Part shown: positions 14,801 through 22,272 of the stretch, piece after piece
How the letters are laid out: each line of letters opens with the position of its first letter
How positions within the stretch are numbered: position 1 is the first letter of the stretch
Assembly (NCBI GenBank): GCA_031386565.1
Contig: JANNCL010000267.1
Coordinates: 1 to 35,642, forward strand
Source of the DNA: Candidatus Omnitrophota bacterium
GTDB lineage: Bacteria; Omnitrophota; Gorgyraeia; Zapsychrales; Fredricksoniimonadaceae
Direction: 5' to 3'
DNA: 35,642 nt
Program-made: the position numbers and the translations under genes
The notes under the pieces: model-generated
The model's database searches: none
The model's input: the letters and a program-made list of their open reading frames with translations, nothing else
What the model was told of the DNA's origin: nothing

Positions 14801-14906
14801 TTCTCAGCAAGATATGGCGCTGTTGTCTCGTATTGAAGGATTTGTTCCGCGTATCATTGCAATCAAACCTGCCTCTTCATTGCCGATCTTTAGTAAAATA
14901 CAGTAA
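11889..14906 (+). CDS. Secreted modular protein, paralog 2 (1005 aa): conserved N-module + TM segment + HEAT-like repeats + HAD-superfamily phosphatase domain + conserved tail
   Basis: Signal peptide, then an N-module homologous to paralog 1. Hydrophobic helix WLATGSAIGLTAATWFGYYLW. HEAT-like units (HRQMAVREKSAEILVRL, HPSEGVRKRAGEIVSRI). HAD motifs: FDLDGT (14109-14126), LWTSA, VDDTP (~14478-14492). Tail: GGIDMNSANLDLQIK..GFVPRII. Confidence 0.9.
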   Translation: MRKTIFSLVLVSFLISNINIPLLRAGEVVVPIMPKPGTMVSLSPIFTPAYLKGIVIHPDNALQFDFLINKGDGNLNTQEKNQEYTKLVKYFLAALTVPDQDQWVNLSPYEKDRIIKDDFGKTEMGRDLLGQDYLLKQITSSLMYPESGLGKNFWDKVYAKAQEEFGNTNIPVNTFNKVWIVPDQAIVYESGNIAYVGRSHLKVMLEEDYLAINKNKSVGEDLVSSRHAGPIQDRPLQNTDQAQIIRELILPELEKEVNQGKNFAQLRQVFSGMILATWYKKALKESLLAKIYADKNKTKGTGYTKSILNRSQPGKQPNDIELVYQQYLQAFKKGVYNYIKEDTDKYTHQPIPRKYFAGGVNGIPKNVLEVRQGTSPAMTAEVNTLDAAQVSLDSKKADAAMNIQEIQSYSQWVVRILTTGVPLTFTTVSAQAAQFQEFVSTYPWLATGSAIGLTAATWFGYYLWSMFHTLKGMGRAYDQKIVSKEQFRAWLDEYLPTQSDAILIGLLNHRQMAVREKSAEILVRLKTRRASQEEVIQALLGRLGDYDPVHQRALLGLKELGVSQELLLSEYHVIVWNADNSTFMRLGGDSERSSFESVNKAIKFFSEIGEQGRDELVAIGKNHPSEGVRKRAGEIVSRIVWDYGTWGSTYTLDDVEMAIKMLGRMGSVGLYELSRIKGEDLDRRVIEMAKNQIDAAMGENLSYKGKDFEISSQGLLIGTIYSIYFLLRERAIASKHPTIAFDLDGTIAFWNGSEYLIRPGIEEQIRKLKQRGFRIVLWTSAPREHVRVNFIEKNSAIANFFDLVISRESFSPLIENEQAMKGVYARFMKIPVSDFMERIHRTYFATNNDWGFKDFLLLGYKFLVDDTPLKILKGQPYPLIQEYKMRYMQAGFFYTNSQGVSLGDDYPIGNLADTIQEKIEQADKSFGGGTDVDVAGNVLDAAMKDPGGIDMNSANLDLQIKRDGKGVPLPLSQQDMALLSRIEGFVPRIIAIKPASSLPIFSKIQ
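12540..12597 (+). repeat. 58-nt REPIN-like inverted doublet read in frame inside the paralog 2 N-module (same site as 3599-3656)
   Basis: GTAG GGGAGGAC CTTGT GTCCTCCC GCCATGCC GGGCCGAT ACAAG ATCGGCCC CTAC. Both stems are perfect. It encodes VGEDLVSSRHAGPIQDRPL. Confidence 0.85.
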
Positions 14907-15005
14907 ATTTCTTCCCCGTTTGGAAATAATTGTTTCAGAACACATTTTTATTGACAATGATCTTGTTATATAGTAACCTTGGTTACAGTAACGGGGGTTG
15001 CAATT

Positions 15006-16346
15006 ATGAAATTTTATGATCGACAACAGGAATTGGCCGAACTTAACACCTTGATGGGACAGGCTAAGGGTGGATCGCGTATGGCGGTCCTGACTGGTCG
15101 CAGGCGCGTGGGAAAGACGCTGCTTTCCCTGGAGTTCGCCAGGGACAAAAAGCATCTTTATCTTTTTGTAGCTAAGAAGTCCGAGGCCCTGCTTTGCGAA
15201 GAATACGTTGCAGAGATAAAACGGATGTACCCTGATGCACCCGTTATTGGGAATATTCGTTCCTTTGCGAATGTCTTTCAACTTTTACTGCGGATCGCCG
15301 TGGATGAACCACTTACGGTTATCATTGACGAGTTCCAGGAGTTTTACAACATCAACCCCTCTGTTTATTCCGAGATACAAAAACTTTGGGACTTGAAAAA
15401 GGCCAAAAGCAAGCTGAACGTCATTTGCGTTGGGTCGGTGTATTCGCTGATGCACAAGATCTTCGAGGGTTCCAAGGAGCCCTTGTTTAATCGTGCGGAT
15501 CGGATGTTTATGATCAAGCCGTTTTTGATTGGAACCATGGCCGGCATCCTAGAGGACTATAAGGTAAAGAATGCGACGGAACTCTTTAATTACTATCTCT
15601 TTACCGGTGGAAGCCCGAAGTATATTGATCAGCTAGTTGAGAACCAGGCGTTTACGTTTGAGAAGATCCTGAACTTTGCGGTTGAGGCCAACTCGCCATT
15701 CTTAAACGAAGGCAGGAACCTTCTGATCGAGGAGTTCGGGAAAGAGTATGGGACGTATTTCTCCATACTTGAGCTGATCTCGGTTGGGAAGACGGGCCGT
15801 TCGGAGATCCAGTCTATTCTGGAGTCGGATGTCGGCGGATACCTCGACCGGCTGGAGAGGGATTACGCTGTCATCGAGAGATATAAGCCGGTGAACGCGA
15901 AGCCAAACTCAAAAGCGCAAAAGTACCGGATCGCGGATAATTTCCTGGCCTTCTGGTTCCGGTTTATTTATCGCAACCGGGCTGCAGTCGAAACCGGGAA
16001 CTATGAGTACATCAGGGATATAATCAGGCGTGACTATTCAACGTATGCTGGCCGCATTCTGGAGCGGTTCTTCCAGTCTCTGTTTGCCGAGACCGGAGAG
16101 TATAACCGTATCGGCTCGTATTGGGAGAAGGATGGCCACAACGAGATCGACCTGGTGGCAATGAACGATATTAAGAAGATCATGGTCATTGCCGAGGTCA
16201 AGATGAACAAGGATAGGATCGACCTAGCCGGGTTAAAGCTCAAGTCCAAGGCGTTGATCGCCAGTTATCCAAAGTACAAAGTCGAGTGGCAGGCGCTCGG
16301 ACTTGAGGATGTTGAGCGTTTGATCAATCGGTCAGGCGGTGTCTGA
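15006..16346 (+). CDS. AAA-type ATP-binding protein (Arch_ATPase/ATPase_2-like N-domain + DUF234-like C-terminal domain)
   Basis: FYDRQQEL..GRRRVGKT (Walker A) and IIDEFQ (Walker B). The C-terminal IGSYWEKDGHNEIDLVA...AEVK resembles a PD-(D/E)xK motif. GGGGG lies upstream of ATG 15006. GC is visibly higher than in neighbours. Confidence 0.8.
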   Translation: MKFYDRQQELAELNTLMGQAKGGSRMAVLTGRRRVGKTLLSLEFARDKKHLYLFVAKKSEALLCEEYVAEIKRMYPDAPVIGNIRSFANVFQLLLRIAVDEPLTVIIDEFQEFYNINPSVYSEIQKLWDLKKAKSKLNVICVGSVYSLMHKIFEGSKEPLFNRADRMFMIKPFLIGTMAGILEDYKVKNATELFNYYLFTGGSPKYIDQLVENQAFTFEKILNFAVEANSPFLNEGRNLLIEEFGKEYGTYFSILELISVGKTGRSEIQSILESDVGGYLDRLERDYAVIERYKPVNAKPNSKAQKYRIADNFLAFWFRFIYRNRAAVETGNYEYIRDIIRRDYSTYAGRILERFFQSLFAETGEYNRIGSYWEKDGHNEIDLVAMNDIKKIMVIAEVKMNKDRIDLAGLKLKSKALIASYPKYKVEWQALGLEDVERLINRSGGV

Positions 16347-16350
16347 TAAA

Positions 16351-16504
16351 CCCGCATTTAGCAAAGGCAAAATGCGCCTTCAGGGGCGATTGTCGCAACT
16401 TGTTGCGATATGAGCGGTTATCCAGACAAGCGAACAAACCGTTGCTTGCAACAAATTGTGCTAACGTCATCGACGCTAGGACAGTTTCTATTGCAAAATG
16501 CGGG
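16351..16504. repeat. 154-nt segment bracketed by 14-nt inverted repeats with internal palindromes (MITE-like or structured leader)
   Basis: CCCGCATTTAGCAA (16351-16364) versus TTGCAAAATGCGGG (16491-16504), 13/14 complementary. Internal palindromes: TCGCAACTTGTTGCGA (16393-16408) and GTTGCTTGCAAC (16441-16452). A proximal partner AAATGCG lies at 16370-16376. Confidence 0.4.
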
Positions 16505-16538
16505 ACAAATCAACAAATATTTAAGGTTAGGTTCTTTT

Positions 16539-17420
16539 ATGAAGCATATTACAATAAAATCTCCCGCTAAATTGAATTTGGTTTTAGATATATTAGGTAA
16601 GCGTCAGGATGGTTTCCATGAATTGCGGACCATCTTTGAGCGTATCGATCTGCATGATTCTATCACGTTAAAAAACCGGGCGGACGGGAAGGTCAAGGTA
16701 ATCTGTGCGCACCCGCATGTGCCTAAGGGGCCTACTAATTTGGTGGTTAAAGTCGCACAAAGACTCCGGCAGGAGTTTGGGATCACTCAAGGGGTCACCA
16801 TTGAGATCCAAAAACGCATCCCGGTTGCGGCAGGTCTGGCCGGAGGGTCAAGCAATGCGGCTTCCGTTTTGATGGGGCTAAACTGCTTGTGGCAGTTGAA
16901 GTTATCGCAAGAGCAACTCGTTTTGCACGCTTCCGCGATTGGTTCGGATGTGGCGTTCTTTATTCACGATACCCCCTATGCTTTAGGCACCGGCCGGGGT
17001 GAGCAGATCAAGGTTTTAGGGATCCGCACCAAACTATGGCATGTGCTTGTGACCCCGAAGGTTAAGGTGTTGACTAAGGATGTTTTTAAGGCCTTAAATG
17101 CTAAACCGACAGGGGGTAAAAAGCGGTTGACATATAATAGGGATAATGTTAGTATTTTGCTTCCCTTTTTGAGGGAGTGTAAGCTTGTCCAGATCGGGCA
17201 GTCTTTGGCCAATGATCTGGAGCCGGCCATTTTGTCTTTGCGGCCAGATTTTATTTTGCTAAAGGAAAAATTAAAAGGGGGGAATCCTCTTGGTGTATGT
17301 TTTTCCGGAAGCGGTCCGTCGGTATATGCGTTGGCAAGTTCCAAAGCGCATGCACTGGCGATCAAAGCAAAATTTGATAAGCGTTACGTTCAGGTTTTTG
17401 TTGTTGGAACATTACTGTAG
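16539..17420 (+). CDS. ispE: 4-diphosphocytidyl-2-C-methyl-D-erythritol kinase
   Basis: IKSPAKLNL, the GHMP-kinase motif PVAAGLAGGSSNAA and GSGPSVYAL. The track start at 16410 adds 43 non-homologous residues, so ATG 16539 is preferred. Confidence 0.9.
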   Translation: MKHITIKSPAKLNLVLDILGKRQDGFHELRTIFERIDLHDSITLKNRADGKVKVICAHPHVPKGPTNLVVKVAQRLRQEFGITQGVTIEIQKRIPVAAGLAGGSSNAASVLMGLNCLWQLKLSQEQLVLHASAIGSDVAFFIHDTPYALGTGRGEQIKVLGIRTKLWHVLVTPKVKVLTKDVFKALNAKPTGGKKRLTYNRDNVSILLPFLRECKLVQIGQSLANDLEPAILSLRPDFILLKEKLKGGNPLGVCFSGSGPSVYALASSKAHALAIKAKFDKRYVQVFVVGTLL

Positions 17421-17423
17421 TAT

Positions 17424-17454
17424 CATGGCGGGACGACACAAGGTCGTCCCCTAC
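17424..17454 (+). repeat. Intergenic single REP-like unit (half of the 58-nt element)
   Basis: CATGGC GGGACGAC ACAAG GTCGTCCC CTAC. It has the same spacer fragment, the same ACAAG loop and the same CTAC end as the right half of the in-CDS doublets, with a different but self-complementary stem. Confidence 0.8.
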
Positions 17455-17493
17455 ATATCGTATTTAAATAATTTGTTTGTGAGATTTAAATAC

Positions 17494-17567
17494 TGCCCGG
17501 TGGTGTAAAGGTAGCACACGAGAATTTGGATCTCGTTGTCAAGGTTCGAATCCTTGCTGGGCAACCA
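17494..17567 (+). tRNA. tRNA-Gln (anticodon UUG), CCA encoded
   Basis: Manual cloverleaf. Acceptor TGCCCGG/CTGGGCA. D-arm GTGT-AAAGGTA-GCAC. Anticodon arm CGAGA-ATTTGGA-TCTCG (TTG at positions 34-36). 4-nt variable loop. T-arm CAAGG-TTCGAAT-CCTTG. Discriminator A, then CCA. Confidence 0.9.
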
Positions 17568-17640
17568 AATTTTCTGTAGAAAATTTGGTAGAGCAATAGA
17601 GCAATTGAACAATAGATATTGAAGCAAGACAGGATAGCTG

Positions 17641-18888
17641 ATGTCAGAAACGCGGGCGATCATTTTAGCGGCAGGAAAAGGGACACGGCTTAAGTCCGAT
17701 ATCCCTAAAGTCCTGCACCACGTGTGCGGTAAACCGGTCTTAAGTTATATTATTGAGCTTGTTCGTTCTTTGAAAACGTATGTTGTGGTCGGTTTCGGTG
17801 CCCGGGAAGTGCAGCAGGTCATTGGCAACGGGGTTGAATATGTTGTGCAGGATCAATTGCTGGGTACCGGAGATGCGGTGCGGCGGGTCGAGAAGCATTT
17901 AAAAAATTTTAATGGCAATGTCGTCGTGCTTTGTGGTGATACTCCGTTATTAGAAAAGGCAGTGGTCGCACGATTGTTGGCAACGCACCGCAAAAGTAAT
18001 GCCAGCGCGACCATCCTAAGCGCTCGAGTGGGTAATCCGCATGGTTATGGGCGCATGATCCGCGATGAACGGGGTCAGGTAAGCGCGATCCGGGAACAAA
18101 GAGATCTGGCGGCAAGCGAAATTGGGATCAATGAGATCAATGTGGGGATGTATTGTTTTAAAGCGAAAGATCTATTTGAAGCGTTGCGCGGCGTGAAATT
18201 ATCGCCTACGAAGAAAGAATATTATTTGACGGATGTGATCGCGATCCTAATAGCTGCGGGCAAAAAAATTTCATCGGTCATTAGTGACGACCCTAATGTG
18301 GCATTTGGTATTAACACCCGGCAGGATGTGGCGCAGGCGGAAGGCATCATGCGGGGCAGGATCTTAGATAAGTTGATGACGGCGGGTGTGGGTATCGTTG
18401 ATCCCGCGACGACTTTTGTTGATAGCGGGGCTAAGATCGGGCAGGATACGATCATTTATCCTTGTACCATGATCGCCGGTGATGTGGTTATCGGTAAAAA
18501 TTGTAAGATCGGTCCTTTTGCGCGTATTCGACCGGGGACAAGGATCGCGGACCATAGCGAGATCGGTAATTTTGCGGAAGTTTCCAGGACTTCGATCGGG
18601 AAGCGCGTAATGATGAAACATTTTTCGTTCCTAGGTGATGCGGCGGTTGGGAATGATGTGAATATCGGTGCCGGGACCATTACCGCGAATTATGACGGTA
18701 AAGAAAAGCACCGGACAAATATTGCGGATGGCGCCTTCATCGGGTCCGATGCGATCTTAGTAGCACCAGTCACGGTCGGACGTAAAGCGATGGTAGGGGC
18801 TGGTAGTGTTGTTCCCAAGGGGACAACGGTAAAGCCAGGAAGCGTTGTGGTGGGAGTGCCGGCACGTATGATAAGGAAAATTGGATGA
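17641..18888 (+). CDS. glmU: Bifunctional GlcNAc-1-P uridyltransferase / GlcN-1-P acetyltransferase (shorter than typical, 415 aa)
   Basis: AIILAAGKGTRLKSDIPKVLH, and a left-handed beta-helix hexapeptide region (IGKNCKIGPFARIRPGTRI..IGNFAEV). Confidence 0.9.
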   Translation: MSETRAIILAAGKGTRLKSDIPKVLHHVCGKPVLSYIIELVRSLKTYVVVGFGAREVQQVIGNGVEYVVQDQLLGTGDAVRRVEKHLKNFNGNVVVLCGDTPLLEKAVVARLLATHRKSNASATILSARVGNPHGYGRMIRDERGQVSAIREQRDLAASEIGINEINVGMYCFKAKDLFEALRGVKLSPTKKEYYLTDVIAILIAAGKKISSVISDDPNVAFGINTRQDVAQAEGIMRGRILDKLMTAGVGIVDPATTFVDSGAKIGQDTIIYPCTMIAGDVVIGKNCKIGPFARIRPGTRIADHSEIGNFAEVSRTSIGKRVMMKHFSFLGDAAVGNDVNIGAGTITANYDGKEKHRTNIADGAFIGSDAILVAPVTVGRKAMVGAGSVVPKGTTVKPGSVVVGVPARMIRKIG

Positions 18889-19838
18889 ACAAGAAAATTG
18901 CGATCTTAGGCGGTAATGCCAACACGGCGTTAACAAAAGAAATTTGTGATTGTTTGAAGGTCAAGCAGACGGAAGTTTTTGTCGGTCAGTTCAGCGAAGG
19001 CGAGATCCGGGTGCATGTGAAGGAGAATATCCGCGGTAAAGACGTGTTCATCGTCCAGCCGACATGTCCGCCGGTCAATGATAATCTGATGGAGCTGTTG
19101 ATCATGATCGACGCGGTGCGCCGTGCTTCAGGGGACCGTATCACGGCTGTATTGCCGTATTATGGGTATGCCCGTCAGGACCGTAAAGATCAGCCGCGCG
19201 TGCCGATCACGGCGAAATTGGTCGCGAATATTATTGTGGCGGCGGGAGCGAATCGTGTCTTGACCATGGACCTGCATGCGAATCAGGTGCAGGGGTTTTT
19301 TGATATACCGGTGGACCATTTATATGCCATCAATGTTCTTTCTGAATATTTTAAAGAGAAGCAATTAAAAGACGTGGTCGTGGTGTCGCCCGATGTCGGC
19401 GGTATCAAGATGGCCCGCGCGTACGCGAAACGTTTAGGCGCGGCCCTGGCGATCGTCGATAAACGCCGCATGTCCCCGGAAAAAACGGAAGTCATGCACA
19501 TTTTAGGGGATGTGAAGGATAAGAATGTTATCATGATCGACGATATCATCGCCACGGCGAGTTCTTTGGTCGAGGCGGCGAATGCTTTGAAGGGTTTTGG
19601 CGCCAAAGGTATTTACGCGGCGGCATCGCATGGGGTATTATCAGGACCGGCGAAAGAACGCATCGCCAATTGCAATAATTTGCTGGAAGTGGTCATCACA
19701 AATAGTATACCTTTGGTCAATCCGCAGGATTGTCCGAAGATAAAACAATTATCGATCGCTCCGTTGCTGGCGGAAGCTATCGCACGTACACACAACGAAG
19801 AATCGATCAGCAGTTTATTTGAAGAAATACGCAATTGA
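18885..19838 (+). CDS. prs: Ribose-phosphate pyrophosphokinase
   Basis: YYGYARQDRK, VVSPDVGG, MIDDIIATASS (PRPP-binding loop). Confidence 0.95.
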   Translation: MNKKIAILGGNANTALTKEICDCLKVKQTEVFVGQFSEGEIRVHVKENIRGKDVFIVQPTCPPVNDNLMELLIMIDAVRRASGDRITAVLPYYGYARQDRKDQPRVPITAKLVANIIVAAGANRVLTMDLHANQVQGFFDIPVDHLYAINVLSEYFKEKQLKDVVVVSPDVGGIKMARAYAKRLGAALAIVDKRRMSPEKTEVMHILGDVKDKNVIMIDDIIATASSLVEAANALKGFGAKGIYAAASHGVLSGPAKERIANCNNLLEVVITNSIPLVNPQDCPKIKQLSIAPLLAEAIARTHNEESISSLFEEIRN

Positions 19839-19890
19839 CCCTGGTGATGAATACCGGGGGCTTAACGAAAGAGAAAAGGGTGGTAATCAA

Positions 19891-20595
19891 ATGGAACAGA
19901 TCAACTTAGACGTTCAATTAAGAAAACAATCCGGATCAGCTTTTGTGCGCAAATTACGCCGCACGAATGTGATCCCTGCCATTATTTATGGTGGTGATGA
20001 AAAGCCGACAATGATCCAGGCTGACCGTAAGACGTATGACCGTATTCATCGTCAACACGCGGGTGAGAGTTTGATCTATCACTTGAATGTTGTGGATGGT
20101 GATAAGAAGGTTGCGGATTTTCCTGCTATTATCAAAGATGTGCAATGGCATCCGGTGAGCGATCAGGTCGTTCATTTGGATTTCAACCGCATTTCGTTGG
20201 ACAAAGAGATCGAGATCAATGTGAAGATCGTTACCAAGGGTGAAGCGATCGGTATCAAACGTGACGGCGGTACTCTTGACCACTCCATGTGGGAATTGGA
20301 TATTATCTGTTTACCGACGAATATTCCTCATCACATCGAAGTTGATATTTCTAATTTAGGTATTCATGATGCGATCCATGTGAAGGACTTGGTTCTTTCT
20401 AAAGGTGTGCGTACCAAGCACGATCCTGATTCAGTCGTTGTTTCCGTTGTTGGTTCTATGCGTGAAGAAGTTGCCGGCGCCGCTGAAGGCGAAGCTGCAG
20501 CGACAGAACCGGAAGTAACCAAGGAAAAGAAGAAGGAAGAACCTGCGGCTGGTGATGCAAAGAAGGACGCTGGTAAAAAAGACGATAAGAAATAG
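19891..20595 (+). CDS. rplY: 50S ribosomal protein L25 / general stress protein Ctc, with Lys/Glu-rich C-terminal tail
   Basis: RKLRRTNVIPAIIYG, VQWHPVSDQVVHLDF. Start ATG 19891 is preferred because the track start at 19819 overlaps prs. Confidence 0.9.
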   Translation: MEQINLDVQLRKQSGSAFVRKLRRTNVIPAIIYGGDEKPTMIQADRKTYDRIHRQHAGESLIYHLNVVDGDKKVADFPAIIKDVQWHPVSDQVVHLDFNRISLDKEIEINVKIVTKGEAIGIKRDGGTLDHSMWELDIICLPTNIPHHIEVDISNLGIHDAIHVKDLVLSKGVRTKHDPDSVVVSVVGSMREEVAGAAEGEAAATEPEVTKEKKKEEPAAGDAKKDAGKKDDKK

Positions 20596-20603
20596 TTCTA
20601 ATT

Positions 20604-21185
20604 ATGAAATTGATCGTTGGACTTGGGAACCCGGGGAAAGCATATACGTATACCCGTCACAATATCGGGTTTCTGGTCGTCGAACGATTAGCAGAAGAGA
20701 AAAAGGGACGTTTTCATAAAGCCTGCGATGGGTTGATGGCGCAGGTTGACATAGATGGGCAGCAATGTTCTTTGTTAATGCCGCAGACCATGATGAATAA
20801 TTCAGGGTTTGCGGTTAGAAAAGCAGCAGCAAAATTAGGTGTGGCCATAAACGATGTGCTCATTGTTTATGATGATATGACACTCGGTTTTGAAGCATTA
20901 CGGATCCGTCCGATCGGTTCCGCTGGAGGGCATAACGGGATCAAATCCATCATCGCGCATTTAGGGACGCAGGATTTTGCGCGATTAAGATTAGGCGTCA
21001 GTAAGCCTCCGTTGGGTGTTGATGCCGCGGATCATGTGTTAGCAAAATTTACGTCGGGCGAACAAAAAAGTTTGCCGGACTTTATCAATCAAGCCTCTTT
21101 GGCGGTTCATTGCTGGGTGACGCAAGGGGTGGAAGCGGCCATGAATGAGTATAACGGTAACAAAAAAACAAAGGAAAATGCATGA
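20604..21185 (+). CDS. pth: Peptidyl-tRNA hydrolase
   Basis: LIVGLGNPG..Y..TRHNIGF, GSAGGHNGIKSI. Confidence 0.95.
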   Translation: MKLIVGLGNPGKAYTYTRHNIGFLVVERLAEEKKGRFHKACDGLMAQVDIDGQQCSLLMPQTMMNNSGFAVRKAAAKLGVAINDVLIVYDDMTLGFEALRIRPIGSAGGHNGIKSIIAHLGTQDFARLRLGVSKPPLGVDAADHVLAKFTSGEQKSLPDFINQASLAVHCWVTQGVEAAMNEYNGNKKTKENA

Positions 21186-21481
21186 ATAAGTATGAACTAG
21201 TCTATATCGTCGACGCGCATGCGACACAGACCGTCAAAGATGATATTGCCAAGCAGGTCAATGAAGCGATCGCCAAATCGAACATCAAGGTCTTAAACAC
21301 CCAGGTTTGGATAGAGCGTCACAAAATGAGTTTTGCCATCAATAAGGTCTGGGAAGGTACGTATTACATGTTGAATTTAGAAGCGCCTGCTGCGGCATTG
21401 TCGAAGTTGCACGGGCTGCTTCGCATCAATGAACAGATTTTGCGTTCTTTGACCATCAAGGTAGAGAATACCAGCGCATAA
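21182..21481 (+). CDS. rpsF: 30S ribosomal protein S6
   Basis: YELVYIV..., W..RHKMSFAINK..EGTYY. It holds the conserved rpsF-ssb-rpsR-rplI position. Confidence 0.9.
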   Translation: MNKYELVYIVDAHATQTVKDDIAKQVNEAIAKSNIKVLNTQVWIERHKMSFAINKVWEGTYYMLNLEAPAAALSKLHGLLRINEQILRSLTIKVENTSA

Positions 21482-21509
21482 ATTACGCAATGTGTGGAGG
21501 GCAAAGAAG

Positions 21510-21941
21510 ATGGCAAGTTTAAATAAAGTGTTATTGATCGGTAATTTGACCAAAGATCCGGAATTGCGTTATACTCCTAACGGAACAGCGGTGACCAACC
21601 TGCGCATCGCGGTCAACCGCAAGTTCAAGGACCGTAGCGGAGAGCTCAAAGAAGATACTTGCTTTGTGACCGTGACGGCGTGGGATAAGCAAGCGGAAAT
21701 TTGTAATCAGCACTTGCAAAAAGGCCGTGCCGTATTCGTGGAGGGTATTTTACAAAGCCGTTCCTGGGAAACTAGCGACGGACAGAAACGCAGCACCATT
21801 GATGTGCGCGCTGAGCGCATTCAATTCTTGAACGGCACTGCAAAAACAGAAGGTGCTAATACCGGTAACACCGATAACAATAAAGATGTTGAACCTCAGG
21901 ATGAAGTCATTTCACCTGAAGATATCGCTTGGGAGGAATAA
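21510..21941 (+). CDS. ssb: Single-stranded DNA-binding protein
   Basis: MASLNKVLLIGNLTKDPELRYTPNGTAVTNLRIAVNR (OB fold). GGAGGG lies upstream of ATG 21510. The C-terminal tail is acidic. Confidence 0.9.
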   Translation: MASLNKVLLIGNLTKDPELRYTPNGTAVTNLRIAVNRKFKDRSGELKEDTCFVTVTAWDKQAEICNQHLQKGRAVFVEGILQSRSWETSDGQKRSTIDVRAERIQFLNGTAKTEGANTGNTDNNKDVEPQDEVISPEDIAWEE

Positions 21942-21944
21942 ATC

Positions 21945-22256
21945 ATGGAAGAACGCAGCAGATCAAGATTCAATAAAGATGACCGTAGTAAGTCCGGTGG
22001 CAAAAGAGACAGTGAAGGCGGCAACCGTCGCGGTAGCAGTAGCGCGCATCGCACGCCCAGAGTGAGCATTCCTAAGGGTACCGAGATCAGCTATAAAAAT
22101 TTACCGTTGTTACAAAAATGCTTAACGGAACGCGGCAAGTTATTGTCCCGCCGTTTGACGAGCAGTTCCGCCAAACAGCAGCGTTTGTTGAGCGTTGCAG
22201 TCAAGCGTGCCCGTTTCTTAGGGTTATTGCCGTCAGGTTCATCAACACATAAATAG
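21945..22256 (+). CDS. rpsR: 30S ribosomal protein S18 with ~40-aa basic N-terminal extension
   Basis: [49 protein letters not shown] is the S18 core. Confidence 0.9.
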   Translation: MEERSRSRFNKDDRSKSGGKRDSEGGNRRGSSSAHRTPRVSIPKGTEISYKNLPLLQKCLTERGKLLSRRLTSSSAKQQRLLSVAVKRARFLGLLPSGSSTHK

Positions 22257-22272
22257 GCGTAAGGGAAGGTTC

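Noticed and set aside
14951-14976. TTGACA at 14951 as a promoter for the ATPase gene.
   Set aside because: The best -10-like hexamers (TATAGT, TAGTAA) sit only 12-14 nt away, so the spacing is poor. Only the nearby palindrome is mentioned, in a finding.
16410-16538. Upstream extension of ispE proposed by the ORF track (43 extra residues).
   Set aside because: The extension covers the inverted-repeat and palindrome region and has no similarity to IspE N-termini. The canonical IKSPAKLNL motif follows ATG 16539 directly.
17290-17508. 72-aa ORF spanning the ispE 3' end, the REP-like unit and the start of tRNA-Gln (contains MAGRHKVVPY).
   Set aside because: It is a read-through artefact of the palindromic element (the GR.KV.PY peptide is just its translation), and it overlaps a well-folded tRNA.
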